Shown here one piece after another: positions 8,353 through 17,998 of a DNA stretch of 64,000 nucleotides. Made by a program: the position numbers and the translations under genes. How positions within the stretch are numbered: position 1 is the first letter of the stretch; every line of letters begins with the position of its first letter. The stretch comes from an uncultured virus (IMG/VR IMGVR_UViG_3300025009_000092) (Duplodnaviria > Heunggongvirae > Uroviricota > Caudoviricetes). Location: IMG/VR virus record IMGVR_UViG_3300025009_000092, one strand, 5' to 3'. The notes below the pieces were generated by a model. It was given only the letters and a program-made list of their open reading frames with translations. It was not told the origin of the DNA and searched no databases.

Positions 8353-8931
8353 ATGGAAACGACAGAAAATGAAATAGCCGAAAAGTTTGGCCTTGATCCT
8401 GCCGAGCTGGAAATTGATTTCGACCAACTCGATGTTGAGTGGGGCAAGCAGAATTCGGTCCTTGATAAGTACCTCAAGGCCTCCGCTTATTGCGAGAAGT
8501 TGGTCAGGAAGGCAGAAGAGAAAATCAAGTTCTTGCGATCTACTCTTGTCCTGGAAGTTTCTCAAGATCCGGACGGGTGCCTGGGTAAAGGTCAAAAAGC
8601 CACCGGAGCGACCATCGAAGCCTATTATCGGACCAATGATGATTACTTGGAAGCCAAGACGGAATGGATCGAAGCGCAATATATTTGCGATCTCGTCAAC
8701 GGCCAGAAATCCAAGGCCTATAATCGAAAAACAATTCTTGAAGAGGCCACGAAGTTGAGTCTGGCCGGTTGGTTCTCGGCCCCATTGATTCCCCGGCCTC
8801 TCAAGGAATTGGTTCAAAAAATCGAGGAGGCAAAACTGAAAAGCACCGATGGCCTGGTAAGGGCCAAGGTTGATGAAAAGCGAGAACAAAGGAGGGCGCG
8901 GAGAAGTCGGCCACCCGTCGATGATGAATAA
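8353..8931 (+). CDS. UvsY-like recombination mediator (putative)
   Basis: Helical protein (LEIDFDQLDVEW...TIEAYY...Y.EAK) upstream of the SSB and RecA genes. Confidence 0.5.
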   Translation: METTENEIAEKFGLDPAELEIDFDQLDVEWGKQNSVLDKYLKASAYCEKLVRKAEEKIKFLRSTLVLEVSQDPDGCLGKGQKATGATIEAYYRTNDDYLEAKTEWIEAQYICDLVNGQKSKAYNRKTILEEATKLSLAGWFSAPLIPRPLKELVQKIEEAKLKSTDGLVRAKVDEKREQRRARRSRPPVDDE

Positions 8932-9110
8932 TATTACAGCTTTGGAATCAGTAGGGCTGGGGGTATTTATCTGGATAGTATTCCCCATCTGGTTTTATAT
9001 TGTCATTAAAATGGCTTCGACTGCTTGGTTCCGTGGCCAGTTCGATATTATAAAAGAAATGAATAGTTACACCAAAAGCAATCAAAACAACCATAAGGAG
9101 GTAAGTACAG

Positions 9111-10421
9111 ATGGCAAGGAAGGAAACAAAGCGTAAATATGGTTCGGCAGCGGACCGGGCAAAAGCAGCGGCCGCAGTAGCCGGACCGGGAGGTGGGGGC
9201 GGGACGATGTTCCAGAATATCCCGCAAGGAACTCAATTTTACAGCCCTGAGGAGGGCAAAGCCACACTCAGAATTCTACCTTATGTAGTCAGCGACCCGA
9301 AGCATCCGGATGGTGAAATGGCCCCGGCCGGCGATATCTGGTACAAGCGTCCATTCAAGCGCTTCCGGCAGATCGGCCTCGACAAGAAGCCCTACATCAG
9401 CCCGAAGTCAATCGGCAAACCATGTCCCATAATAGAGTATTATTCCGCCGCCAAGGCCGATCCCTCGATCCCCGATAAGGAAGCGGATCGAGCCAAGCCG
9501 CAGGACATGGTCATGTATAATGTGCAGGTATTGGACCCCAAGACCAAAAAATGGTCAGATCCAATGTTCTGGTTCTTCTCGTACGCCTGCTTTGAAAAGC
9601 CATTCAAGAAAGAGTTGATGGACCCCGACAATGAGGAATATCTGACCTTCATGGATCTGGAAGGTGGATTTGATATCCGGGTTCGCTGGGAGAAGGAGTC
9701 TTTTGCCGGCCATGATTTCCTGGCTGCTGGAAACATTTCATTCATTGAGCGGGATGATCTTCCGGAAGAAATATTGGATGAAGTGATCAATCTGGATGAA
9801 GTTCTTGTTGTCAAATCTTACAAGGAGCTGCAGAATATCTTCCTTGAGATTGATGAGGAAGAGGATGACAAGGATGACAAGGATGATGACCAGCCGGAAG
9901 AAAAGCCGGCCCGGAGAAAGAAATCAGCAGATGCCGAAGAGGAGCCGGAAGAGAAACCAGCTAGGGGTCGCCGGCAAAAATCAGAACCCGAGCCGGAGGA
10001 AGATGAAGAAAAACCGGCCAGACGGACCAGGGCGAGCAAACGGGAAGAGCCTGAGGAAGAACCAGAACCGGAAAGGCCTGCACGCCGGGGCCGCAAGGTT
10101 GAGCCGGAAGATGAATGCCCGCATGGTTTCGTCTTTGGGGATGATTTTGATACCAAGGGGAAATGCACCAAGTGCAAGGTCTTTGACTCTTGCGAAGCGG
10201 AGTTCGATTCTCAAAGCAAACCGGCTGAAAAGCGGTCAGAAAAGGAGAGTAAATCAACTGCCGGTGCCGGCCGGAAGGGGAAAGCAAAGGTCGATGATGA
10301 AGATGAATGTCCGAGCGGCCATAAATTCGGTACCGATTGCGACAATAAACCAGAATGTAATGATTGCCCGAAATGGGATGCTTGCATGGACCGCCAGGAG
10401 GAAATGGAAGCCGGAAATTAA
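9111..10421 (+). CDS. gp32-like single-stranded DNA-binding protein with an acidic/repetitive tail and two Cys4 motifs
   Basis: LRILPY, SPKSIGKPCPIIEY, DLEGGFDIRV; long E/D/K/P-rich tail. Confidence 0.7.
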   Translation: MARKETKRKYGSAADRAKAAAAVAGPGGGGGTMFQNIPQGTQFYSPEEGKATLRILPYVVSDPKHPDGEMAPAGDIWYKRPFKRFRQIGLDKKPYISPKSIGKPCPIIEYYSAAKADPSIPDKEADRAKPQDMVMYNVQVLDPKTKKWSDPMFWFFSYACFEKPFKKELMDPDNEEYLTFMDLEGGFDIRVRWEKESFAGHDFLAAGNISFIERDDLPEEILDEVINLDEVLVVKSYKELQNIFLEIDEEEDDKDDKDDDQPEEKPARRKKSADAEEEPEEKPARGRRQKSEPEPEEDEEKPARRTRASKREEPEEEPEPERPARRGRKVEPEDECPHGFVFGDDFDTKGKCTKCKVFDSCEAEFDSQSKPAEKRSEKESKSTAGAGRKGKAKVDDEDECPSGHKFGTDCDNKPECNDCPKWDACMDRQEEMEAGN

Positions 10422-10447
10422 CCGTTAACTTCAACAATCGGTAATAG

Positions 10448-10483
10448 AAAAGGGGCAGGGGAATTAACCTCTTGCCCCTTTTT
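10448..10483 (+). terminator. intrinsic terminator after the SSB gene
   Basis: AAAAGGGGCAGGGG...CCTCTTGCCCCTTTTT. Confidence 0.75.
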
Positions 10484-10500
10484 AAATAGGAATTCAAGTC

Positions 10501-10830
10501 ATGGCAGATAAAAAAATAAAACTCAATATTGGCAAACCAATCATTATTTCCGCTTCCGTTTCAAAAGAGCAATTGGAAATATTGGATCTTCTTTCCCTTC
10601 ATCATCAGACTACCCGCTCTGCCATGTTCGCTAAACTCATAATTGATCATTCTGATATTGATGCTTCAATCCGGGCAATTGCAGAAAGAGTTGTAGCCAA
10701 TTATTGTGAAACAAATGTCAATTTTGATGACTTTTTAAGGTCTGCCGGCATTTGGTTGGAACAGAAGAAAATATCTCAATACTATATTGAACGAATCATC
10801 CAAGAGGTCAGGAATCGTTATGCGGCGTAA
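10501..10830 (+). CDS. hypothetical protein, possibly a ribbon-helix-helix DNA-binding protein
   Basis: IISASVSKEQLEILDLLS...TRSAMFAKLI pattern. Confidence 0.4.
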   Translation: MADKKIKLNIGKPIIISASVSKEQLEILDLLSLHHQTTRSAMFAKLIIDHSDIDASIRAIAERVVANYCETNVNFDDFLRSAGIWLEQKKISQYYIERIIQEVRNRYAA

Positions 10831-11950
10831 TTCACCAAACGAAGGATACATCGAAGCAATCAAGGAAAATCTTGAAGAAGAAGTCCCGGTCCCGGAGAAA
10901 TATGATGGGGATATCTCCAGGGTGATTTCCACCGGGTCGACTCTTCTTGATTTGGAAATAATGGGCAAGCGGGTACGGGGCGGCGGGATTCCCGGTGGAA
11001 TATTGGTGGAAATCTATGGCCCCAATTCAGGTGGGAAAACCGTTTTGATGTCGGAGATTGCCGGCGGTATCCAGCGCCAGAAAGGGAAGGTCAAGTTTTT
11101 TGATGCGGAAGCCCGCCTGAGCAAAAAGTTTGCCGAGATATTTGATTTTACCGTTGATGATTGCGAGTTCGGGGTACCAAATCAGGTAGCCGATGTCTTC
11201 TTGCCCCTTATGACCTGGAACCCCGATGGCCCGCCTTGTATCGGCCAGTATAATCGCCGTCAGAAGAAATGCCGGGAGTGCGGGGATTCGGATACCTGCT
11301 CTGATTTTGACCTCGATAATCGACCAATTAACGGCGTATTCATCGATTCCTTTGCCCAACTCTGCGGAGAATTGGAGAAGGGCGATGAGGAAATCGATAA
11401 GCGGGGATCTGCCAGGGCAAAGGAGTTCAGCCAATGGATGAGGAAACTTGCCCCGAAGATTACGGCAAATAAATGGTTGATTGTCGGCAGCAATCAGATC
11501 CGGGATAATCAAAAAGCCAAGACCGATTTTGACCCGAAATACGTAACCCCTGGTGGTAATGCTGTTCCGCATGCCGCTTCCCTTCGTTTGGAGATTTCCC
11601 CTGCAGCCAGGCTCCGGGATGAAAAGACAATCAATGGCAAAAAGGTATATGTCGAGTATGGTCATTGCTCCAAAGTCAAAATCATCAAAAATACAGTTTC
11701 TGGTCAGAAGGGTTCGGCGGAGATACAGATTGTAGTTGACTACGGCATCGATGATATTACGGCCAATCTCCAATACCTGAAAAAGTTTACTCCAGGCTCA
11801 AAATACTGGACCGGGGATAATAGTCTGGAAGATGCCATTGAAATGATTGAGCAGGATGGTCTTGAATTGGAACTGAAAGAAGCGGTCATTGATTTGTGGG
11901 AAGAGATCCAAGATAAATTCAAGAAGGATCGGAAGCCGAAAAGGAGATAA
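10820..11950 (+). CDS. recA: RecA/UvsX-like recombinase with a Cys4 insertion
   Basis: ISTGSTLLD, EIYGPNSGGKT, FDAE, FIDS, NQIR, TPGGNA. Confidence 0.88.
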   Translation: MRRNSPNEGYIEAIKENLEEEVPVPEKYDGDISRVISTGSTLLDLEIMGKRVRGGGIPGGILVEIYGPNSGGKTVLMSEIAGGIQRQKGKVKFFDAEARLSKKFAEIFDFTVDDCEFGVPNQVADVFLPLMTWNPDGPPCIGQYNRRQKKCRECGDSDTCSDFDLDNRPINGVFIDSFAQLCGELEKGDEEIDKRGSARAKEFSQWMRKLAPKITANKWLIVGSNQIRDNQKAKTDFDPKYVTPGGNAVPHAASLRLEISPAARLRDEKTINGKKVYVEYGHCSKVKIIKNTVSGQKGSAEIQIVVDYGIDDITANLQYLKKFTPGSKYWTGDNSLEDAIEMIEQDGLELELKEAVIDLWEEIQDKFKKDRKPKRR

Positions 11951-12185
11951 TATGTCAAAGAAAATTGACTTCGAAATCCAATTCCTAAAAGAGATTGAGA
12001 AGTGCCGGAGAAAAGTCGATGCCTGTTCCGCCAATGGGATAATTGCCAAGGACTATGTTTTCAGTTTAAATGACATAATAATCCGGGCCGAGATCGCCAG
12101 CAAAGAAAGACACCATGAATCGATGTTATCCCTCTTCAATGAAATGAAAGCCCTCCGATCATGAAATATTAATGGAGAAATTATT

Positions 12186-12404
12186 ATGAGCAGTATAGTT
12201 AGCATTTTACATTCTCTTGATTTTATTTGCCCCCATTGTGAAGAATATAATGAAATATCTGATATTGAAGTCTCGGTAATAATCCACGGAACTGATTCTG
12301 GCCGACGGAAAGACGAATGCGTATTTAACCATGAATGTGAAAGTTGTAAGGGAAAATTTAAAATTACTCCTCATATGGATATTGGTGTAGAAAAAATAAA
12401 ATGA
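12186..12404 (+). CDS. small zinc-ribbon protein
   Basis: CPHC...CESC. Confidence 0.5.
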   Translation: MSSIVSILHSLDFICPHCEEYNEISDIEVSVIIHGTDSGRRKDECVFNHECESCKGKFKITPHMDIGVEKIK

Positions 12405-13231
12405 AATACCTTGCTTTTGATGTCAATTTCTTTTGTTGGCGGGGATTCCACTCAACCGGCAATATGCAATACAATGGAGTCGGGACCGGAGCTATTCAAT
12501 CCTTCCTGACGGCCATCTATTTCCATTGTAAAAAGTTTGGTATTTCATCCCCACTCTTTTGTTTTGATTCCCGCAAGAACTACCGGAAAGAAATATTCCC
12601 CGGGTATAAACATAGACCGCCTGCCAGCCATAAAGAAAAACTGGAACGGAACGAAATAGTCAAGCAGATAAGTACAATCAGAACCCTTGTCCTGCCGACT
12701 ATGGGATTCAAAAATATCTGCCAACAAACTGGAATTGAAGCGGATGATATTATGGCCAGGCTGGTCCGAGATAATCCCCACCAAGTAATCGTCCTGACCG
12801 GAGACGAGGATCTTTTGCAATTGGTCGATCAATGTACTTGGTATTCGCCAACGACAAAAACTTTAATGAATGAAAAAACCTTCCGGAAGAAATACGGCAT
12901 TGCCCCAAGAGATTGGCGGATTGTCAAGGCCCTGGCTGGTTGCTCTTCCGATAAGATTCCCGGCATTAGTATGGTCGGGGAGAAAACGGTTTTGAAATAC
13001 CTGAACGGAACCCTCAATAAAGATACAATTGTCAGCATGGTTATTGATGATGAAAAGCGAGCCATGAAAAAGAAAAATGGCATCCTCGTTAATTTACCAT
13101 TCCCGAAAACGCAATCGGTTGAGATCCAGAAGGATGAATTCAGCCCGGAAGGGTTTGGGGCTATCTGCGATCTGTTTGGCCTGGAGAAGTTGGCGGAGAA
13201 AGTCGATGATTGGGAGATGATGTTTAAATAA
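12401..13231 (+). CDS. 5'-3' exonuclease / flap endonuclease (T4 RNase H-like)
   Basis: FDSRKNYRKEIFPGYK, EADD, TGDEDLLQL, GCSSDKIPGI..VGEKT. Confidence 0.88.
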   Translation: MKYLAFDVNFFCWRGFHSTGNMQYNGVGTGAIQSFLTAIYFHCKKFGISSPLFCFDSRKNYRKEIFPGYKHRPPASHKEKLERNEIVKQISTIRTLVLPTMGFKNICQQTGIEADDIMARLVRDNPHQVIVLTGDEDLLQLVDQCTWYSPTTKTLMNEKTFRKKYGIAPRDWRIVKALAGCSSDKIPGISMVGEKTVLKYLNGTLNKDTIVSMVIDDEKRAMKKKNGILVNLPFPKTQSVEIQKDEFSPEGFGAICDLFGLEKLAEKVDDWEMMFK

Positions 13232-13490
13232 AAGGGGAAATTATGAGGGATAAATCTTTTTATCGTATAGTTATATCGCATCGAGCCGCTGTAAAAGCAC
13301 TTGAAGAAATTAATTGCGCTCTGACGGGAAATGAAAGGCCAAATTTTTATGGATATGGCTATGCCGATTATAAAGAAATTGGTGGATATGATCCCAGTAT
13401 TAGAAATATGGCCGATGATATCAGAAGTTTGGTAAAAGAAGTAGAAGAATATCGAAAATTAAAAGAGGCATTAATCCCACTTTTTAAAAG

Positions 13491-13970
13491 ATGATCAAGC
13501 AACTCAAACATTCGGAACTCCCGCAACTTCGCAACGATATTCTTCTTGACCAAGATGGCCGGTGCCCCATCTGCCGAAGACAAATAAATGAATATGAAAT
13601 TTGCTTGGATCATGAGCACAAAAAGAAAGTAAAAGGGACTGGCCAGATCCGGGGGGTTCTTTGTCGGGCCTGTAATACCTTCTTGGGGAAAATGGAAAAT
13701 AATTGCCGGCGATATGGAATTAGCCGAATGCGTCTGCCAAACTTCTTATCAAGGACGGCCGATTACCTGCGGGAAGACCACAAACCATTTATTCACCCAA
13801 GCGAAAAAGAAAAGTCCCCAAAATTGATGAAATCTTCGTATAATAGTCTGAAAGCAAATTATTCCGGGAAAGCAAAATTTCCTGAGTATCCAAAGTCGGG
13901 AATATTGACGGTTAAATTAAAAAGCCTTTTCCGGGAGTATGGGATCAGGCCAAAATTTTACGGGAAATAA
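13491..13970 (+). CDS. endonuclease VII-like Holliday junction resolvase
   Basis: QDGRCPIC, LDHEH, IRGVLCRACNTFLG. Confidence 0.85.
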   Translation: MIKQLKHSELPQLRNDILLDQDGRCPICRRQINEYEICLDHEHKKKVKGTGQIRGVLCRACNTFLGKMENNCRRYGISRMRLPNFLSRTADYLREDHKPFIHPSEKEKSPKLMKSSYNSLKANYSGKAKFPEYPKSGILTVKLKSLFREYGIRPKFYGK

Positions 13971-13971
13971 A

Positions 13972-14385
13972 ATGAACAGAAGACAATTCATAAAAACATC
14001 TATTCTAGTTTTGGGATGCTCATTGATTCAAAAACTGCCGGCCCCATTAATGCCAAGGGGATCGTGGGTTGACGATGCAATTACACTTTATCTGAGTACT
14101 CCAGATTCAGAGTTACTGGATTTTGAAATAGCCTTCAATGGCCAGCCAATCGAGACATATGTAATAAAGATGTTTCAAAATGGGGATAAATTCATCCATG
14201 AGATAAAGATTCCCAATATTTATAATTCTCCAGGAAGAATTACGACGACATATGAGGCGCAAATTGCTATGAATGAATCGGAACTTTCTCTTACCCCAGG
14301 AATCATTTCTTTGAAAAGAACAATCCCGGCCGGAAAATATATTGAACCAAAATCTCCACTCATTTTATCTGGTGAATCGGTATGA
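13972..14385 (+). CDS. hypothetical protein with a twin-arginine-like N-terminus
   Basis: MNRRQFIKTSILVLGCSL. Confidence 0.5.
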   Translation: MNRRQFIKTSILVLGCSLIQKLPAPLMPRGSWVDDAITLYLSTPDSELLDFEIAFNGQPIETYVIKMFQNGDKFIHEIKIPNIYNSPGRITTTYEAQIAMNESELSLTPGIISLKRTIPAGKYIEPKSPLILSGESV

Positions 14386-15416
14386 TCAAGTCACTCCGGA
14401 TAGAAAATCTTGAATCCCACAAAGATACCTTTTTTGAGTTCTCCCCCGGCTTGAATGTTTTTGTCGGGGAAACCGACCGGGGGAAATCAGGATCATTCCG
14501 AGCCTATAAATGGCTGACCCAGAATAATCCAGGTGGTGAGTGGATGAGGCCCCTGTACTGGGATGGTACAACGGCCGTCACTGGCGAGTTTATCAATCCC
14601 GGCTTTATCCTCAAGAGAGTCCGGGATAAGTCGGAAAACAGCTATGTACTCAATGAGGAGAAGCCAATCAATGCCGGGACTTCCGTTCCGGGCAATATAG
14701 CCACCCTGCTGGATCTGGATGATGTCAATTTGCAGACTCAGATTGAACGGGCTTTCCTCATGTTCGAAACTTCCGGGGAGCGAGGCCGCATACTCAATCG
14801 GATTGCCGGCCTGGATGAAATAGAACAAACTCTTTCCAATGCCAAGGAAGATGTAAACCGACTCGATAAATTATGGAAAGCCGAGAAAGCAACGGCAGAA
14901 GCCAAGGAAAAAGAGTTAGAAGAGTTTGCCGATATTGAGGATATGGAAGAGCGGGTCGGCCAGATTGATACCATGCAAAAGTTGCAAGCCTTCTCCGGCT
15001 CCAGGATTCAAAATCTGAAGAAATTGCGGGATAGCCTAAAAACGCTTGAGGATGCGATTATAGGCAAGGAAGGGTTACTTGCAGCCGAATCTACGCTTGA
15101 GGGTTTAAAAGCGAAATTACAGGCGGTACAGGCTGCGGAATCGCGGATTGCGAGGTTGAATAGAATCCTGACTTTGAATGCCGCTATAAAAAGGAAGGAA
15201 GCGGCGGAAAACTTTGATGGTATTGAGGATCGATTTGAAAAGATCAGGATCAGTACAGGGGCCTTGGAATTATCTTCCACCAGAGTAAAAAAACTGAAAA
15301 GATTATTGTCGGATTTTAGTATAATAGGTAAAGAGATTGTCGAGGTCGAGGAAAAGTTAAAAGACCTGCAGGCGAAGATTCCAAATATATGTAGCGAGTG
15401 TGGGAGGGAATTATGA
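14382..15416 (+). CDS. SbcC/Rad50-like ATPase, N-terminal half
   Basis: IKSLRIENLESH, Walker A GETDRGKS, coiled coil, terminal CSEC zinc hook. Confidence 0.8.
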   Translation: MIKSLRIENLESHKDTFFEFSPGLNVFVGETDRGKSGSFRAYKWLTQNNPGGEWMRPLYWDGTTAVTGEFINPGFILKRVRDKSENSYVLNEEKPINAGTSVPGNIATLLDLDDVNLQTQIERAFLMFETSGERGRILNRIAGLDEIEQTLSNAKEDVNRLDKLWKAEKATAEAKEKELEEFADIEDMEERVGQIDTMQKLQAFSGSRIQNLKKLRDSLKTLEDAIIGKEGLLAAESTLEGLKAKLQAVQAAESRIARLNRILTLNAAIKRKEAAENFDGIEDRFEKIRISTGALELSSTRVKKLKRLLSDFSIIGKEIVEVEEKLKDLQAKIPNICSECGREL

Positions 15417-15534
15417 CAAGTTTTCAAATCTTCTGGCAAAATAACTACAATCATGCGAAAACTTGTCTTAGAATGGGAGTTCCGATTGAATGGTTCTTTG
15501 AAAATATGAATAATTTACGCGAAATGAATCAATC

Positions 15535-16473
15535 ATGAGACGAAGCAATCATCCCAAAAAAGCCGACGCCATCCTGACCGCCGATATTGAACTGAGGGCC
15601 TTCCAACCGACCTGCCGGACAGATGATCACTGGGCGGCGCAGGAAAGGAAAATCAAATGGCTTTGCCAGTTGCAGATGGAGAATGATAATTGTCCTATCT
15701 TGGATGCTGGGGATCTTTTTGATAAGCGATATAAATCCAATCCGAGCCACGAATTGCTTGGTTGGGCAATGGAGAATTTGCCAGAGAGGTTTTATACCAT
15801 TCCTGGTAACCACGATCTGCCGGGGAAATCAATCGATAATTATTCCAATTCAGCAATGGCGGTTCTGCAAAGAGCCGGAGCTATAAAAGTGACATATCCA
15901 TGGAAAACAACTGTTGATGCGGAAATTCATCTTTTTGGTTATCCTTGGGGATTGGAAATAAAACAGCCGTTAATTCGACCCGTAATTGAAGAAAAATATA
16001 TCGCCCTCGTCCACGCCATGGTCTACGAAGAGTTTGAACCATTCCCCGGCTGTGTCGGTTATTCTGCCAAGGAAGTAATGGATCTGCTGCCGGACTTTGA
16101 TCTGATTGTTTGCGGCCATAATCACCAGACCTTTACCCGGGAAGAAGATGGGCGGGTTCTTGTCAATCCCGGTTCCTTGATGCGGAATGATGCCGACCAG
16201 ATTGATTTTAAGCCCAGTGTCTTTTTGTGGTTTGCAGATACCAATACAATTAAAAGAATTTACGTACCGATTGAGGAAGGGGTTATCAATCGAGATTATA
16301 TCGATATCAAGAAGGCCAAGGAAAACCGCCTGGATGCTTTTGTAGAGAAACTTGGTGAGCAGGTTGTATCAGGGATTAACTTCCATGATAACCTGGAGGC
16401 GGCGGTCAGCGACAGACTGATAACCCAGGGCGTCCGGGATAAGGTATGGAATTATTATGAGGGATTGAAATGA
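15535..16473 (+). CDS. SbcD/Mre11-like metallophosphoesterase nuclease
   Basis: AGDLFD, PGNHD, GHNH, NPGSL. Confidence 0.85.
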   Translation: MRRSNHPKKADAILTADIELRAFQPTCRTDDHWAAQERKIKWLCQLQMENDNCPILDAGDLFDKRYKSNPSHELLGWAMENLPERFYTIPGNHDLPGKSIDNYSNSAMAVLQRAGAIKVTYPWKTTVDAEIHLFGYPWGLEIKQPLIRPVIEEKYIALVHAMVYEEFEPFPGCVGYSAKEVMDLLPDFDLIVCGHNHQTFTREEDGRVLVNPGSLMRNDADQIDFKPSVFLWFADTNTIKRIYVPIEEGVINRDYIDIKKAKENRLDAFVEKLGEQVVSGINFHDNLEAAVSDRLITQGVRDKVWNYYEGLK

Positions 16474-16703
16474 GCGAACAAAAAATAGCTGACATGTTGA
16501 AAAAAGTCGCCAAGCGGAAAACCGAACTGGCCGAACTGCGTGGGGAGAAGACCCAGATCCAGAAGCAAATGGCGGCAGATGATTGTGAAACCGCTGAGGA
16601 TATTGAACGGGAAATCTCCAAGGAAGAACGGAAGATCAAAAAGATTAATACCGAAATCGAGGCTGCGGTTGAAAGTCTGGAAGCGGATTATGATTGGAGT
16701 TGA
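16470..16703 (+). CDS. short coiled-coil protein, possibly an SbcC fragment or partner
   Basis: heptad-rich 77 aa ORF coupled to the nuclease gene. Confidence 0.5.
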   Translation: MSEQKIADMLKKVAKRKTELAELRGEKTQIQKQMAADDCETAEDIEREISKEERKIKKINTEIEAAVESLEADYDWS

Positions 16704-16709
16704 TTAAAA

Positions 16710-17357
16710 ATGCAATATAAAGATTTTGAAAGACCTTTTTGCCTTTGTGGTTGCGGCGAAAAAGTAGGGAATGATGAAAATTCACATTGGAGAACATCTA
16801 AATCTTTGTTTAAACCAGGACATAATTCGAGGTTTGGAATTCCTTGGACGGCAAAAGAGAAAGAAGAATCGAAAAAATTAATATATAAAATCATCTATAT
16901 TGATAAGAAAAAAGCTATTTTTGTTGATGTAGAAAAATCAAGAAGAATTATTGAAAGAAAAAAGAAAAAATTAAACTATAAATACGAAGACCGATACCTA
17001 AAAACAAAAAGGGAAAATGGCAAAAGAAAATCAATAACAACGCCAATTGAAGAAATAATAGCTGCTCATTCTGCACTTCTTTTTAATAAAGATTCAAATA
17101 AATGCTGGTGTTGTCAATCTTCGGTTTATTTAGAAAAATGCCACATAAGAGCGGAAAGTGATGGCGGCAGTCTACATCCTGATAATTTAATTTTATTATG
17201 CGAAAGTTGCCATAATCTACAACATTTTTGGGCATATTCCCCAGAATGGAATAAAGAAAAACAATATGATTGGTTTAAATGGATGGATGAATGTCCGAAA
17301 TCGGTAAAATCATCTACTTTTTCAATATGGACGAATAAAATGTTTAATACTTTATGA
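16710..17357 (+). CDS. HNH endonuclease
   Basis: CLCGCG N-terminus; CWCC...CHI...GG...NLILLCESCH; AT-rich insert. Confidence 0.75.
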   Translation: MQYKDFERPFCLCGCGEKVGNDENSHWRTSKSLFKPGHNSRFGIPWTAKEKEESKKLIYKIIYIDKKKAIFVDVEKSRRIIERKKKKLNYKYEDRYLKTKRENGKRKSITTPIEEIIAAHSALLFNKDSNKCWCCQSSVYLEKCHIRAESDGGSLHPDNLILLCESCHNLQHFWAYSPEWNKEKQYDWFKWMDECPKSVKSSTFSIWTNKMFNTL

Positions 17358-17998
17358 ACCTGCAACCCTACAAAGACAAAATCCAGCAACTGAAAGGTCG
17401 CCGGCAAAAGATCCAGGAGGAACTTACCGCCTCCCAGACCGCCGCCAAGGTCCACCGCCGCGAACTCCGCAATGCGGAAAAGGCGCAGGTGATCATCCAG
17501 TTAACCGCCCAATCAACTCAAGATGAACTTCGGTATCAATTATCTGAGCTACCTAAACTGGCTCTGCAATCAGTCTTCGAAGACCCGTATGATTTCGAGG
17601 TATCTTTTGAAATTAAGCGAAGCAAGGTCGAGGTCGACTTCTGGTTTGTCCGGGAGGGGGCGAGAATTAACCCCAAAGACAATAGCGGGCTTGGTTCCGT
17701 CGATATTGCCGGCCTGGCCCTGCGCCCTGCTCTCTGGTCCCTTAGATCGCCCCGTAACCGCGCCAGTATCTGGCTTGATGAACCCTTCAAGCATCTCAAG
17801 GGGGCAGAGGCCAATCGGCGAGCCTTGGCTATGTTGTCGGAGATTTGCAAGCCAAGGCCGGAAAAGAATTGGCCGGGACTGCAGATTGTGATGATTGCCG
17901 ATGAGCGAGCCAGCCGGGAGGATCTGCTTGAAGTGGCGGATTGTATTTATGAATTTTCGATGCGGGGCCGGCAGACAATAGTCAAGAGGTTAAAATGA
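17354..17998 (+). CDS. SbcC/Rad50-like ATPase, C-terminal half
   Basis: coiled coil, degenerate ABC signature SGLG, Walker B WLDEPF. Confidence 0.78.
   Translation: MNLQPYKDKIQQLKGRRQKIQEELTASQTAAKVHRRELRNAEKAQVIIQLTAQSTQDELRYQLSELPKLALQSVFEDPYDFEVSFEIKRSKVEVDFWFVREGARINPKDNSGLGSVDIAGLALRPALWSLRSPRNRASIWLDEPFKHLKGAEANRRALAMLSEICKPRPEKNWPGLQIVMIADERASREDLLEVADCIYEFSMRGRQTIVKRLK

Noticed and set aside
9850..10120. Repetitive GA-rich sequence as a DNA repeat array or CRISPR
   Set aside because: It encodes the low-complexity EEKPARR/acidic tail of SSB and has no constant repeat-spacer structure.
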